From Octopus vulgaris (lineage: Eukaryota), in assembly GCA_951406725.2 (NCBI GenBank), contig OX597818.1:47492001-47556000 (forward strand): DNA of 64,000 nt, given 5' to 3'. Below are positions 25,610-40,670 of the stretch, piece by piece. Each line of letters opens with the position of its first letter. Positions within the stretch are counted from its first letter, which is position 1. Below the pieces are notes generated by a model. It did no database searches and had not been told where the DNA came from. It saw only the letters and a program-made list of their open reading frames with translations. The translations under genes and the position numbers were made by a program.

Positions 25610-25795
25610 GTTAAAAATAAAAATATTATATTATACTATATCATATTATATTATATTATACTATATTATATTATATTATATTATATTATATTATATTATT
25701 ATTATATTATATTATATTATATTATAGCATATTATATCGTATATCATTTTATATATATATATATATCATATCTCATGACAGCCAATTTGACAGAC

Positions 25796-25833
<38 letters not shown>

Positions 25834-26078
25834 TAATAATAATGGTTTCAATTCTGGCACATGGCCAGCAATTTTGGTGGAGTGGGTAAGTCGATTAACA
25901 TTGAGGCCAATGCTCGTTTTGGTGCTTATTTTATCGATCTCCAAAGGATGAAAGGCAAAGTCGTCCCCACTATTTCCCATATGAATGCTTGCCTTTTTCT
26001 TTCTGACTCAGGGAAACTTATTGGACAGCATTATGTATGTATGTGAGTAATTAGATGGATAAGTGAATATAAGCATGC

Positions 26079-26110
<32 letters not shown>

Positions 26111-26715
26111 GTATATACACACACACACACACACACACTTATGTGTATGCATGGAGAGAGAGAGAGAGAAATAGATAGAATTCAAAAGAGAAGTCATAGA
26201 AAGATTTTATCACGGCTTTAATGATCAGTTGCAATTGTTTAATGCCAGTTTATACAAAAGTTCTATGGGAAAATTTACGTAGTATTTGTGGCTTTAAACA
26301 TATGAGTGGTACTTTGTCAGACTTGCATCAAAGGTATGCTTTTACTTTATGTATGTATCGTCATCATTTAACGGCTATTTTCCATGCTGGCATGGGTTGG
26401 ACAGTTTGACAAGACCTGGTCAGCTGCAGAGCTGCCCAGGTTCCAGTTATCTGTTTTGACATGGTTTTTATAGCTTAATGCCCTTCTTAACACTTACCAC
26501 TTTACAGAATGTACAGGGTGTCTTGTACAAGGCACTGTCACAGGTGCCTTTACATGGCATGGGTGCTTTTATGTGTCACCAGCATGGGTGCTTTTTTGGA
26601 GCACCAGCACAGGTGCTTTCACGTGGAACTGGTCCTGCTTTTATGTGACACACACACACACACACACGAGTTATGAAGAGGTACTCCATGGCCGACAACA
26701 TATATGTGACCACCT

Positions 26716-26947
26716 ATTTCTTTACTACCCACAAGGGGCTAAACACAGAGGGGACGAACAAGGACCGACAAACGGATTAAGTCGATTATGTCGACCTCAG
26801 TGCGTAACTGGTACTTATTTAATCGACCCCCGAAAGGATGAAAGGCAAAGTCGACCTCGGCGGAATTTGAACCCAGAACGTAACGACAGACGAAATACCG
26901 CTAAGCATTTCGCCCGGCATGCTAACATTTCTGCCAGCTCGCCGCCT
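26716..26947 (-). mobile_element. SINE family B monomer (representative)
   Basis: Flanked by TATATGTG(A/C)CCACCT direct repeats. Other monomers at about 10823-11046, 14050-14283 and 34705-34936; a dimer at 30856-31210. Confidence 0.85.
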
Positions 26948-27140
26948 TTATATGTGCCCACCTTCTAACCAATACGCTATAGCTTTACCCTTCTGTACTA
27001 CAAGCCATACCTCTCTCCCCTCTACGTTACCTCTGTTGCCACCCATCACCTACTCTTACCTTTGTCTCATCACCCACCCTTATCTTTATCCACCTCTTCT
27101 ATACTCTATCATTCCCTTTCCAACTAACTATATAAGCACA

Positions 27141-27537
27141 GGAGTGGCTGTGTGGTAAGTAGCTTGCTTACCAACCACATGGTTCCGGGTTCAGTCCCAC
27201 TGTGTGGCACCTTCGGCAAGTGTCTTCTACTATAGCCTCGGGCCAACCAAAGCTTTGTGAGTGGATTTGGTAGACAGAAACTGAAAGATGCCCGTTGTAT
27301 ATATGTATATATATGTGTGTGTGTGTTTGTGTGCCTGTGTTTGTCCCCCCAACATCGCTTGACAACCGATGCTGGTGTGTTTATGTCCCCGTAACTTAGC
27401 GGTTCGGCAAAAGAGAACAATAGAATAAGTACTAGGCTTACAAAGAATAAGTCCTGGGGTCGATTTGCTCAACTAAAAGGTGGTGCTCCAGCATGGCTGC
27501 AGTCAAATGACTGAAACAAGTAAAAGAGTAAGAGTAA
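27141..27537 (+). mobile_element. SINE family A, full-length copy
   Basis: Colinear with 2214-2620. Further copies, mostly minus strand or partial, at about 205-445, 845-1188, 1570-1825, 4135-4550, 4968-5260, 9690-10040, 11408-11700, 18598-18790, 21474-21858, 43915-44293, 48325-48612, 49870-50100, 51118-51312 and 62735-63080. Confidence 0.85.
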
Positions 27538-27756
27538 CCTCAAAGAACTCAATCTGTTACATCATACTCCTGCTTATCCTCTGTCCTCATTTCTGGACCA
27601 TCTGATGTCATTGTGATCTCTCACCTAAACCTTTCCTCGACCACCTCAGCAAATGTATGTGTCCCAAGTATTTTAATACTCTCTAAACTTAAATTTATGC
27701 ACTTTTCAATTATGTCTGGCTGTGCTGCTGTCATCTCTCTCTCTCCATCTCTCTCT

Positions 27757-27789
<33 letters not shown>

Positions 27790-28136
27790 CCCTCTCTCCC
27801 TTCCCTTCTTCTTCTCTCTCTTTCTCTCTCTCTCTCTCTCATGCTCTCCTCCTGCTCCTCCTCTCCAGACATTGTTTTAGATTATTGAGTATTCTCTAGA
27901 ATTTCTGTGAATGAGGTACCTTCTCCCTCCAGTGCTTGTATCATGATGTACAACCATGAAATTATGCCTCCTCTAGATTGACTGCTGAATATAACAACAT
28001 CCTAGTACTTGCATCTTGAAAAATTCACTCTGTACACAATGAAAAGTGACTTGTAAATGTGCAGAGAAAGTATAGGGTTTCAGAGGTCAATTATAATCGT
28101 GTGTCATTCAGTATTATTCAAACTTTCAAATGTAGG

Positions 28137-28762
28137 AAGGCGGCGAGCTGGCAGAAACGTTAGCACACCGGGAGAAATGCTTAGCGGTATTTCATCTATC
28201 ATTACATTCTGAGTTCAAATTCCGCCAAGGTCAACTTTGCTTTTCATCCTTTCAGGGTCGATAAATTAAGTACCAGTTTTGCACTAGGGTCGATGTAATC
28301 GACTTAATCCCTTCGTCTGTCCTTGTTTGTCCCCTCTGTTTTTAGCCCCTTGTGGGCAATAAAGAAATAAGAATTGTTTGCATGCTGGGCAAAATGCTTA
28401 GCGGTATTTCGTCTGCCTTTACGTTCTGAGCTCAAATTACGCCAGGGTTGACTTTGCCTTTCATCTTTTTGGGGTCGATAAATTAAATACCAGTTATGCA
28501 CTGATGTTGATGTAATCAACTTAATTCCTTTGTCTGTCCTTGTTTGTCTCCTCTATGTTTAGCCCCTTGTGGGCAATAAAGAAATAGATATTTCGTCTGT
28601 CGTTATGTTCTGAGTTCAAATTCCACCGAGGTCAACTTTGCCTTTCATCCTTTCGGGGTTAATAAATTAAGTACCAGTTTCACACTGGGGTTGGTGTAAT
28701 CGACTTAATCCCTTTGTCTGTCCCCTCTATGTTTAGCCCCTTGAGGGCAATAAAGAAATAGA
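28137..28762 (+). mobile_element. SINE family B trimer
   Basis: Three tandem units flanked by the 22-bp direct repeat TATTCAAACTTTCAAATGTAGG (28115-28136, 28763-28784). Confidence 0.88.
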
Positions 28763-29273
28763 TATTCAAACTTTCAAATGTAGGCACTGCAAGAAAATGC
28801 AACCAGGGCGGTCTATAAAGTGGTTAACAATAGGAGGGACATTGGCTGTTGAGACCAAAGTAGATGGCATGTACAAACACGTGTGGGTGGGGGCAGTGGC
28901 TCCCAATAACAAATCTCTTGAACTACAGTAATCCCTTCAACCCCTGGCACCATGAAGATGATGGTAGTGATCCCACAAAAAAATTGTGATCTTAAAAACA
29001 GAATTCTATGTCTTAGGTGCTGGTGCCATGTAAAAAGCACTGGTGATGATACCACATAAAAAGTACCCAGTGCACTCTGTAGAGTGGTTAGATTTAGGAA
29101 GGGCATCCAGCTTTAGAAACCAATCCAAACAGACTATGGAACTTGGTGTAGCCCCTGGTCTTGCCAGTTCTTGTCAAACCATCCAACCCATACCAGTATG
29201 GAAAATGGATATATAACGCTGCTGCTATGGCTGATAATGATCATGATAATGATGATGATGATGATGATATATA

Positions 29274-29784
29274 CCATAAATCCTTGAGTATAATCCGCAT
29301 TTTTTTCTGAAAATTTAAAGGTCAAAATCCTAGTCCGTACAGTATACGAGGTTAAAAATGGAAAATATTTTCTAAGCAATGTCCAAGTCTCTATTTGCTG
29401 TCAGGCAATGTTTATTCAGACGCATTTTGTGATGTCGGGCACGAAAATACCTTAAGCTAAACCTGAAAGCAATGAAGTCATAAAAGAATCATCCATAACT
29501 TGCAGTAAGCAACATTTATTAAACGTTATTACTGTTATTTCTTTATTGTCTGCAAACAAAATGCACAAAAAAGCTATACGTTTGCATTATGTTATATATA
29601 CAATAATAATAAAGGACGTTACCGTATACACTTTTACAAACCAAGGACATTATATAGTCCTCCTTGACTCAAGTTAAAGAAAGGGTGCGTATTATACACA
29701 AGGTTTAGGTTTTTCAGAGGTACAGCCCCTTAAAAATCCCCTGCGTATTATACTCAAGGGCGGACTATATTTGAGGATTTATGG
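29274..29784. mobile_element. pogo/Tc2-type MITE
   Basis: TA|CCATAAATCCT ... AGGATTTATGG|TA, plus subterminal TTGAGTATAAT / ATTATACTCAA inverted motifs. Confidence 0.8.
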
Positions 29785-30149
29785 TATACATACACATTAG
29801 GAACTGCCCTTCCAATACATCTGTTGATCACAAACTCTAGAGAGGTTGTCTGCAATGGTTGAGCTGAAGTATGTGAACTTGTGTACTACTTCCGGATCAT
29901 AGTCCATTGATGTCACTTTCTAATATTTCAGAATGACAGTGAAACTGAAGTATTTACAGGCTCTTATGATTCTGTTCAGGAAGTGTTGCAGTTGCTCTCT
30001 TGAGTGTGGTGCAGTAAACAGCATGTGAGTGCTTTGTATTCTTTGCTTTTCATCCTTGGTCAAAACAGATTGTTTCTCTTCTGACCTTGTGTGAATGTCC
30101 ACTTGAAATTTCCACAGATTGCTAACAATTACTGCTGTCTTTCATATAT

Positions 30150-30470
30150 AAGTTAAGTTAAGTTAATTTTTTCGCTCAAAAAGCAAAAAGCAAGGCCATG
30201 TAGAGGGACATGGAGTTATGTACAGGGGTGTTCATGCAAAGAGTTCAGGCCATTTCTGGTCAAGAGAGACTTTGAACCGAGGGGTCGTCAGCATCTTCAC
30301 TATCTCATCCGGCAGCTTATTCCATGGATCCACAACCCGCACAGAGAAAGCCCCTCTCCTTCGATTGAGATGAAATTGTCACAGATAGAGCTTTTCGGAG
30401 TGACCCCACAGCCTATGCTCTGGAGCAGGAGTGAAGAGCAGCTCTTTCGAGAGGTTACACTTTTATTGAT
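30150..30470 (-). mobile_element. Shorter 5'-truncated copy of the same CR1 family, (TTAAC)n tail
   Basis: High visible identity to 46185-46490. Confidence 0.88.
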
Positions 30471-31236
30471 CATCTGGAGGTTATCTGACAATCCAGTAGT
30501 TATGGTTTGCACATGCCGGTATGCTGACTTCTTTTATTTCCTTGTTGGGCCTGGTGCAGTATTTATCATCCATAGTTCAATCTACTGAGGGTGAGTGAAG
30601 CAGACTGTGATGAGACAGCATCTAACTGACCAGGATGTTTGCCCAGCTTGAGGTTGGCAGTAGCTATTTAATGAGACACAATGGCCTCTTCCTCCATTGA
30701 AAACTGTCTCTGTACCTAGTTCCATGCCATTTGAGCTCAGACTTCTAAGCATTAAATTGCTGCTTTCTGTACCTGTGCCATTTCAATGAAGCAATGCTGG
30801 AGTTTCCTCTCCAGAGTGCTGGCCTAGGCAAGATCAGTATAAGTAACCAATAGTTAAGGCGGCGAGCTGGCAGAAATGTTAGCACGCCAGGCGAAATGCT
30901 TAGTGGTATTTCGTCTGCCATTGCGTTCTGAGTTCAAGTTCTGCCGAGGTCGACTTTGCCTTTCATCCTTTCGGGGTCGATTAAATAAGTACCAGTTACG
31001 CACTGGGGTCAATATAATCAACTTAATCCCTTTGTCTGTCCTTGTTTGTCCCCTCTGCGTGTAGCCGCTTGTGGGCTGTAAAGAATACGTATTTCGTCTG
31101 CCGTCACGTTCTGAGTTCAAATTCTGCCATGGTCGACTTTGCCTTTCATCCTTTCGGGGTCGATTAAATAAGTACCAGTTACGCACTGGGGTCGACGTAA
31201 TCAACTTAATACAAAATGCTGCCAGCTCATTGTCTT

Positions 31237-31548
31237 AATCCATCGAAATATTGGCCTCATATATTGACACAAGGCTAGGAATTTCAGGGAATGGGGTCAA
31301 TTGTTAACATTGACCCCAGTTCTCAATTGGTATTTATTTTATCAACCCCAAAAGAATGAATGGAAAATTCAACCTCGGCAGAATAATCCATCGAAATATT
31401 GGCCTCATATATTGACACAAGGCTAGGAATTTCAGAGAAGGGGGTCAGTTGATTACATTGACCCCAGTTCTCAATTGGTATTTATTTTATCAACCCCAAA
31501 AGAATGAATGGCAAAGTCAACCTCGGCGGAATAATCCATTGAAATATT
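31237..31548. repeat. ~147-bp tandem duplication containing an old SINE-B-like fragment
   Basis: TAATCCATCGAAATATTGGCC...CAACCTCGGCRGAA twice, plus the start of a third unit. Confidence 0.9.
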
Positions 31549-31551
31549 AAG

Positions 31552-31920
31552 AACAAGAGCACTCAGAGAGTGCAAACCTCTACCAAGGCAAAACCAACGT
31601 CCTTTCAGTGATTAGCTAGAGATGAATTTTAAAATGGGAATATCTGAAATAAACTCGACTGCTCTCACAAACGAGAATACTAAAAATGAACCCAACTGCT
31701 CTCAAAGATTAAGTGAAAAAATCAGAAAAATAATCCAGAATCTTTATCCGGTACCAAATCATTCCCAAAGTGTAATCAGTTCGTGCCAGTCATGAGGCCA
31801 AACATCCCTGAAAGTTTCATCAGAATCCATTCAGTGGTTCTTGAGATATCTTGTCCATGGACAAACAAACCAACGCAACTGAAAACAATACTTCTACCTT
31901 CGCTAAGGCAGAGGTGATAA
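31552..31920 (+). mobile_element. Helentron-associated (HINE/DINE-1-like) element
   Basis: Starts AACAAGAG; subterminal inverted ACCTCTACC / GGCAGAGGT; short (ACAA)n tract; terminal hairpin CTACCTT-CGCT-AAGGCAG. Confidence 0.55.
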
Positions 31921-33169
31921 TTTGAATACATTTGATTTTTTGGACACTTCTATTTTTTCATGATTACTGACATGTGTCTTTTAACATATCATCGTCATTG
32001 TCATCCTCATCATCATCATCACTTAGTTACTGTCTTCCATGCTAGTATGGGCTGAATAGTTTAACAAGATCCAATGAACCAGAAGACTGCGTTGAGCTGC
32101 AAAGTCTGTTTTAGCACGATTTTTCTGGTTGGATGCCAACTTCTATACAGAGTGCACGGGATGCTTTTTTTATTTATTTTCATAGCACCAGCACTAGTGA
32201 AGCCACCAAGCAACTCACAAGACAAAGAAGTGACCCTTGACTTGGATGGGTTGTAGTAAAGAGGGAAGTGGCATTATGCCAGGTGTTGAGAGACAATGGT
32301 AATTTCAAGAATCATTTTACTGATATTAAATCAAATAAATGTTCAATTTCATGTCACATCTGGCCAATTTTTGTTAATTAAGCATAAAAAAACCCTGCAA
32401 ACCTTATAAAGTGGTGAGCAATATTCATATAATTTGCATATGCAATTAATTAGTTAATTTTACATAGAATTGATGTCAGACAGCTTGGTATTTTCAAAAG
32501 TTATGCATTTGTACAACCATTTGGTATGAATTAGGCAGAACAGGCTGTGTGCATTTGTGTGTGTGTGTGTGTGTGAATCTGTATGAGTGAATATGTGTGT
32601 GAGTGTATGTGTATGTGTGTGTGTGTGCATGTGCGTGTACATGCATCTATGTGCATGTGTGTTGGTTGTGTTTGTGGGTGGGTGTGAGAATCTGTACATG
32701 TGCACAGTGGTGTGAATGTGTGCATGTATGTGTGTGCATGCATGTATGCAGGTGTGTGTGTGTGTGGGAGAGAGTGAGAGAGAGAGTGTGTGTGTGTGGG
32801 TGTGAGAGATAGAGTGTATATGTGGGTGTGTGTGGGCGTCTGTGTCCCCCTCTCTCTCTGTATCGTCAATAAAAACACACAATATTCTCGCCTGCAAAAA
32901 TACCTTTAAAAAAAAGTCTTTAATTAAACATCTAATATATTACACAGTAAAATACAATACCCTAATAAGATAAAGAATAAAATATCGAAAACTATGTACA
33001 ATATACTGTGTACCGTGTACACATTTCTGTGTGTACAGGGTTTAAACATATCATTAATGTACTCTACAGTTTATTAAATTATTGCATTTCGTTGTCTACT
33101 ATTAAATGTGTTTAATTAGATACTTCTCAAAGGTTTTTCAGATGAAGCTGCTATGCTTTATTGATCAGG

Positions 33170-34355
<1,186 letters not shown>

Positions 34356-35504
34356 AACTTTTATGGCAATATAAGCTTTCTTTATTAAAAGAAGAATGTT
34401 TAAACAGGAGAGTGTGATGATATTTCAAAGGTGTGATTGGATAAGCAAAGGTAAAAAGGTAAAGCTGTAACTATATAACACAATATAGAGAAAACCTAAT
34501 GTTTAAAATCTAATACCTGTCTCTGTGTTTACCTGAATAAATGCTTGTGTTAGTCAGCTTCTGGCATATGGTGCTTTGAGCAAATGTTTTGTTCATATCC
34601 ATGCTTAAATGTACATCATTGGATTCAGGTTTACCTGAATAATCACAGATATAATTCTTCATATAACTATGATTTTTGTGGGATGGTAATCATTACTTAT
34701 TCAAAGGTGGTGAGCTGGCAGAAATGTTAGCACACCGGCCGAAATGCATAGCCGTGTTTCATCTGCCGTTACGTTCTGAGTTCAAATTCCGCCAAGGTCG
34801 TCTTTGCCTTTCATCCTTTCGGGATCGATAAATTAAGTACCAGTTATGCACTGGGGTCGATGTAATCGACTCAATCCGTTTGTCTGTCCTTGATTGTCCC
34901 CTCTGTGTTTAGCCCCTTGTGGGTAGTAAAGAAATAGATAATCATCACTCATGGCCTGGTTTAACACCATCTCCTGAGAACTTAGGTGCTTTTGGCAGAG
35001 TTGACACAAGACTTCTGGTTTGATATGCTGTCCAAATAAAACCTTGTAGCAAATATATGTTTGGAAAGAGGGACAAGAACAGGGACAGCCTGAGAAAGTT
35101 GGAGAGATGGATGTATTTATGATATGAGACATTAGCTGTCTTGGTCTTGTCTATTTCAATGCTAAGACAGAGGTGAAAACAGGTACCATGTTAATCTACT
35201 GGACTATGATCAGCTGGACAGGTGATGGCCTTCCTCTCTCTGCTTGTACTAACCACATATTGCTCAGTGGTCAAACTAAGGTCTCCAACAGTTGAAACTG
35301 GTTTGCAAAAGAACCACATATTTTGCAGATGGGTGCAGCTACATTGTAGGATCTTTTGCCTTGTACTTAACTTTGTTGTAAGCATTTAGCAAGGACATTG
35401 GCTTTAAGATAGATAGCACCTTCCCTCCCTCCTATCAGTCTCAGTGGCCTTGTAATGAGTTGTAGGTCAGCTTTCGATTTATATATAAAACAGAGAGTTT
35501 GTGT

Positions 35505-35545
<41 letters not shown>

Positions 35546-35573
35546 TGCATGCATGTGTGTGCGTGCATATGTT

Positions 35574-37405
35574 CCCACCCATCACCTCACAATCTTCAAA
35601 AAGCTACAAACTCCCAATGTTCCACTTTTAGCTTTTAGGGAAGTTTCTTCATAAATAATACCATTTACCTGTTGTTTCTAGCATGTTGGGTTTTCTGGTG
35701 GCAGTCTGGTATTTTTTACATCTACTATTTCAGTACAATTCTACGCATGCGTGAGACATCAGACAAAAGTGAAACATTGGGAGGTTTTAGCTTTTTGAAA
35801 ACGGGTAGGTGATGGGTGGGTGAGTTGGGGGAAGGGACATTGGGTGTTTCTATAAGAAAAAGTAAACTTTGAAAAAAAAAACATGCATTTCCCATATTTG
35901 TAATCTCTGTATTTTTCTACCTGGATAAAAAAAAAATTTGAAAACTGAGTTGCTGATTTTGACGTATGGGGTATCAAAAGATTCAGTAATCTCTTGGCTA
36001 CCAAATAAACTTTATTTTCATTTACATATTTTCTATGTTATCTCAATAATCAGTTATAGTTATTTGAAATGCACTGCTCTACAACAACCAGGTTTTATTA
36101 GAAAGTGAAAGTAGTTTCACACTTTCACTATGAACCAAAATTACAAAGTATTGTATTACAAGAGTGTTGATGTGTGAATAATGAAAGTAATGTTTCTTCG
36201 AATTAGTCACATCTGTAATAAAGAAAGCTGCTTGTCATCTATCTACCAAATAAACTATGTTTTTGGTACAACTCTTTTTTATTACTAAAATAACCTCAGA
36301 AATGAGGTTGGGTCACACAATTTTGAGATCATTTTTGGGGCAATATTTCAATTTGCTTCTAATGTTTCACTTTCATCTGATGCTTCATGCATGCATAGAA
36401 TTCTGCTGAGACATGCCTTTTCAATTTCTCCTATCTTTCAATTTCTGCTTTCTACAAAGCATAAAGAAATAAAAAAATTTTTACTGAAATTAATGAAGAA
36501 TCATATGATCCCATATGATCGACCATATGATGAAGCTGACAACTTTCCTGCTTCAAACGAAAAAAATGTCATAAAATAACTTCCTTTGGCACACACACAC
36601 ACGCACACACACACGCACACTTCTGTACGAATTATGTTATTTTTTGCTGTGTGCACTCACAAAATTACAGCTCAAATCCAATTGAAATTACCTTTTTCTA
36701 TTCTGCAATTTGTGTTTGTGATAAGTGTATTTAAAAATCTGATCTTTGATATAAACATAAAAGGAAGTTTTCCCAGAAATCCTGTCCTTTACCTGTTGTT
36801 TCTAGCATGTCTGAGGTTACACTCTTTTTTCTTCCTAAATTTCTTCCGATTCATATGTTTTCAATACAGGAGATTAGGATTTCACCCCAAAACCACTTTC
36901 CCAATATTTTAATTTTCTCCCTCCGCACCTCAATTTCTTTATTTTTTTACTTTTTCCAAATTTTGCTTTTGGTAATCCATGAAGTAAAAAACAGAAAGTA
37001 CAAATCTTTAAGAATTTTCTTCTTCCTTTTTTTCTTAAAGAAATACTAAAATCTCCTTCCCAAACGTCCACCCATCACCTCACAACTTTCAAAACGCTAC
37101 AAAATCCCAATGTTCCACTTTTAGCTTTTAGGGAAGTTTCTTCAGAAATAATGCCATTTACCTGTTGTTTCTAGCATGTTGGGTTCTCTGGTGGCTTCTG
37201 GTATTTTTTACGTCTGCTATTTCAGTACAATTCTACACATGCGTGAAACATCAGACAAAAGTGAAACATTGGGAGGTTTTAGCTTTTTGAAAATGGGTAG
37301 GTGATGGGTGGGTGAGCTGGGGGAAGAAGCATTGAGTGTTTCTATAAGAAAAACATGTATTTCCCAGATTTGTAATCTCTGTATTTTTCTATGTGGATAA
37401 AAAAA
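35574..37405. repeat. Duplicated ~245-bp fold-back unit with ~55-bp inverted ends, plus internal partial copies
   Basis: CCCACCCATCACCT...CCCAATGTTCCACTTTT / AAAAGTGAAACATTGGG...AGGTGATGGGTGGG at 35574-35820 and 37068-37312. Partial inverted copy at 36361-36410 and partial direct copy at about 36762-36810. Confidence 0.8.
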
Positions 37406-38949
37406 AAGTTACAAATTAAGAAATTGCAGTGGTAACGGGGTAAAATTAATATTTTGTAACTGTGATTTCTGTGAAAAATTGTATTAACCCCCTTTTATAC
37501 AACGAAACAATACCTAGTTTGTGATCCTTCTTCAGAACAGAAAGCACTTTCATGTAAACACATGTAAATTGTACCTTCCGCCCTTCACTTTTAAACAAAC
37601 AATAACTTCCATTATGCCAGTAATCCAGTTCACTATATATCAGCTGTACTGATTCTACCCATAAGAAAGGAACAAATAATACAATGTGGTTGTAGGTCAT
37701 AACACCCTGGGCAACACCAGGATGCATTGCTAGTCCTAACAAAAGATAAAACAAAAAAAAAACATAAATTCTGTGAGGAAAAGATGTAGTAAATTAAATT
37801 TACTCTGGTTAGCATTGAATATTTAGTGAGCAACAATGGAATTTCAACCAATAAAATATAGCATTTGCAGTAACATATTTGGGGTGGATAGTGGGTGATG
37901 GTCAGCCCTGGGTGACACCTTCATGGTGGGGCAGTACTTTTGGGTCTGCTACATAAGCCAGATATGCTTGGAGATCAAGATAGGGTAAGATGTGGAAAAG
38001 TCAAGGGCTGCTCTAGGCTGTACTCCATTTATCCACACTGTCATGTATTTGAGTTGATTTTTATCAATTCTCCCTTTGAAAGAAGGATTTCGTTGTCAGA
38101 CACAAAACCAGGTTTTGCAAGAAAAATCAAGAATTTATTCCTACTACTATGCACTGCTAATGCTTTATTTTATTTTATTTTTTTATTTTCATCAATGAGT
38201 GCCACATAAAACCACCTGTACAGGTGCCATATAAAAGTGCCTGTGCTGGTGCCATGTTAAAAGTAGCAGTCCATTCTGTAAAGTGGTTGGTGTTAGGAAG
38301 GGCATCTAGCTGTAAAAACTATACCAAAATATACAAATGGAGCCAAGTCAACTTCTGTCAAACTGTCCAACCCATGCCAGCATGGAGAACAGAGGTTAAA
38401 TGGTGATGATGATGACAATGATGATGATGACGATGATGATGATGATGATGATGATTTTTATCAACCACAGGAAATAAAGAAAAATTTAGGAGTAGCTGTA
38501 TGGTAAGCAGCTTGCTTACGAACCACATGGTTCCGGGTTCAGTCCCACTGTGTGGCACCTTGGGCAAGTGTCTTCTACTATAGCCTTGACCTGTGGTTCA
38601 TAACGAAGCTACTTACCACACAGCCACATGCAGATTAGGCAAGTTAAAAGTTCATTATGTTGGCTCTGAACACAGCAAAGTGATGGTCACAAGGTACAAA
38701 CTCTGTACTCTTCCAACAATGTATAAGCTTGGTCAGCTGTAACTATTCATCTTAAAGATCTATCCTAACCCTATCCCATAGCAAGTTCTATCCCAAAGCA
38801 AGTACCTCACTAGTAAGACCAAGAACATATGATCAGCAGTTCAGGTGCTTTTCTTTAAAAGATGATGAAAGAGTAGGCATTTAACTAACAGCTAACAGCT
38901 TACATTTTAATACTTAATAGTTTATAAATGATGTTATTCAATTACATTC

Positions 38950-38991
<42 letters not shown>

Positions 38992-39015
38992 CACACACAC
39001 ATTTACATAAATGTA

Positions 39016-39054
<39 letters not shown>

Positions 39055-40409
39055 CATTAGTTAGATGAATATAATATTGATTTATTGAATAGGTAAAATG
39101 CTCCAGATTTCTAGAGAAGATAAAATGTGAATGTGTGTGATGGTTGAGATTTTTCCCAAGAGTATTAACTGTGTGTGTGTGACGCAAAATAGTTACGATC
39201 AAGAACTGGTGCTTGAGCATAATGTATTTGAGTTAAAAGAATTAATTTTTCTTGCAAGGTACAATTGAAACAGAAGCTTTTATGATATCGGCAATAATTT
39301 TCTTCGTTTTCACAAGATAACTTTGTTAAAAAGAAATAAAATTCTTCAGAAAAATTTCACATGTTTCGTTCTTCAATTACTTGGAAATTTCATATTTTGC
39401 GATAACTATTATTCTCATTTTATTATGGCAACCATACGATTCAATAAACATTTCAGAATGATTTGTAAAAGCATCTTTGTCCTTTATCTGTTGAATTTAT
39501 TTTTCATTTCCCACAGTAATTTTTCTAGTATTTTCAATAATATTTAAAGAATTTTTTAATACAGTTTTAATTTCTTCAGATTCAAAGTAAATTAACACTG
39601 AGCCTGTAAATACATGAAGCAATTTAAATATTTTCTTATGGGTTTTGGACGTAATATTGACTCCTTTTTATGAAAAAATTATGAACGCAATCTTGATCCT
39701 AATTCATGGTGGATTAGTTGAAATGAAGAAGCTAACTAGAAAAATCTTCACATGCAAGATTGCATGACCAAAAAAATTGCCAGTATAAAGGAGAATGAAT
39801 ACATGTAGCATAAGATACATGGTTAACAGATAATCATATCATCATCCTACATTCTAAGTAGGGTTTCTTTAATTTCATATCAATACAGATCATGTAAGTA
39901 ATATTAAAATGTATGTAGGTATGTATGTGTGTGAGTGGAGGGGCGTGGCTTAGTGGTTAGGGTGTTGAACTCATGATCGTAAGATTGTGGTTTCGATTCC
40001 TGCACCAGGCGGTGTGTTGTGTTCTTGAGCAAAACACTTCATTTCATGTTGCTCCAGTCCACTGAGCTGGCAAAAATGAGTAATCCTGCAATGGACCGGC
40101 GTCCTGTCCAGATGGGGAATTTCTACGCCACTGAAACCAAGAAATCGGCCTTTACGATCCTGGCATGGCTCGAGAAGGAACATTTATTTTATGTATATAT
40201 ATATATATATATACACATATCTATACACACACACACATACACACGTATTGACATCAATCACCCAACACACTGTAAGGTAGTTCATGTTAGGAAGAGCATC
40301 CAGCTATAGAAAACATGCCAAAGCTGACACCAGAGCGTGGAGCAGCCTTGTGGCTCATCAGATTCTGTGGAATAGTCCAACCCATGCCAGCAGGGAAACA
40401 CAGATATTA

Positions 40410-40579
40410 AATGGTGATGATGATGATGAGAAGGAGGGGGGGGATGATGATGATGAGGATGGTGGTGGCAGTGGTGGTGGTGATGATGATGATGGTGATG
40501 ATGATGATGATGATGAGGATGATGATGATGGTGGTGGTGGTGGTGGTGGTGGTGGTGGTGGTGGTGGTGGTGGTGGTGG

Positions 40580-40611
<32 letters not shown>

Positions 40612-40670
40612 GTAATGATGATGATGACGACGATGATGACGACAACGATGATGATGATGATGATGATGAT
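40410..40670. repeat. Compound (GAT)n/(GGT)n triplet repeat grown from an RTE tail
   Basis: Directly follows an old RTE 3'-end copy (about 40260-40410). Confidence 0.9.
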
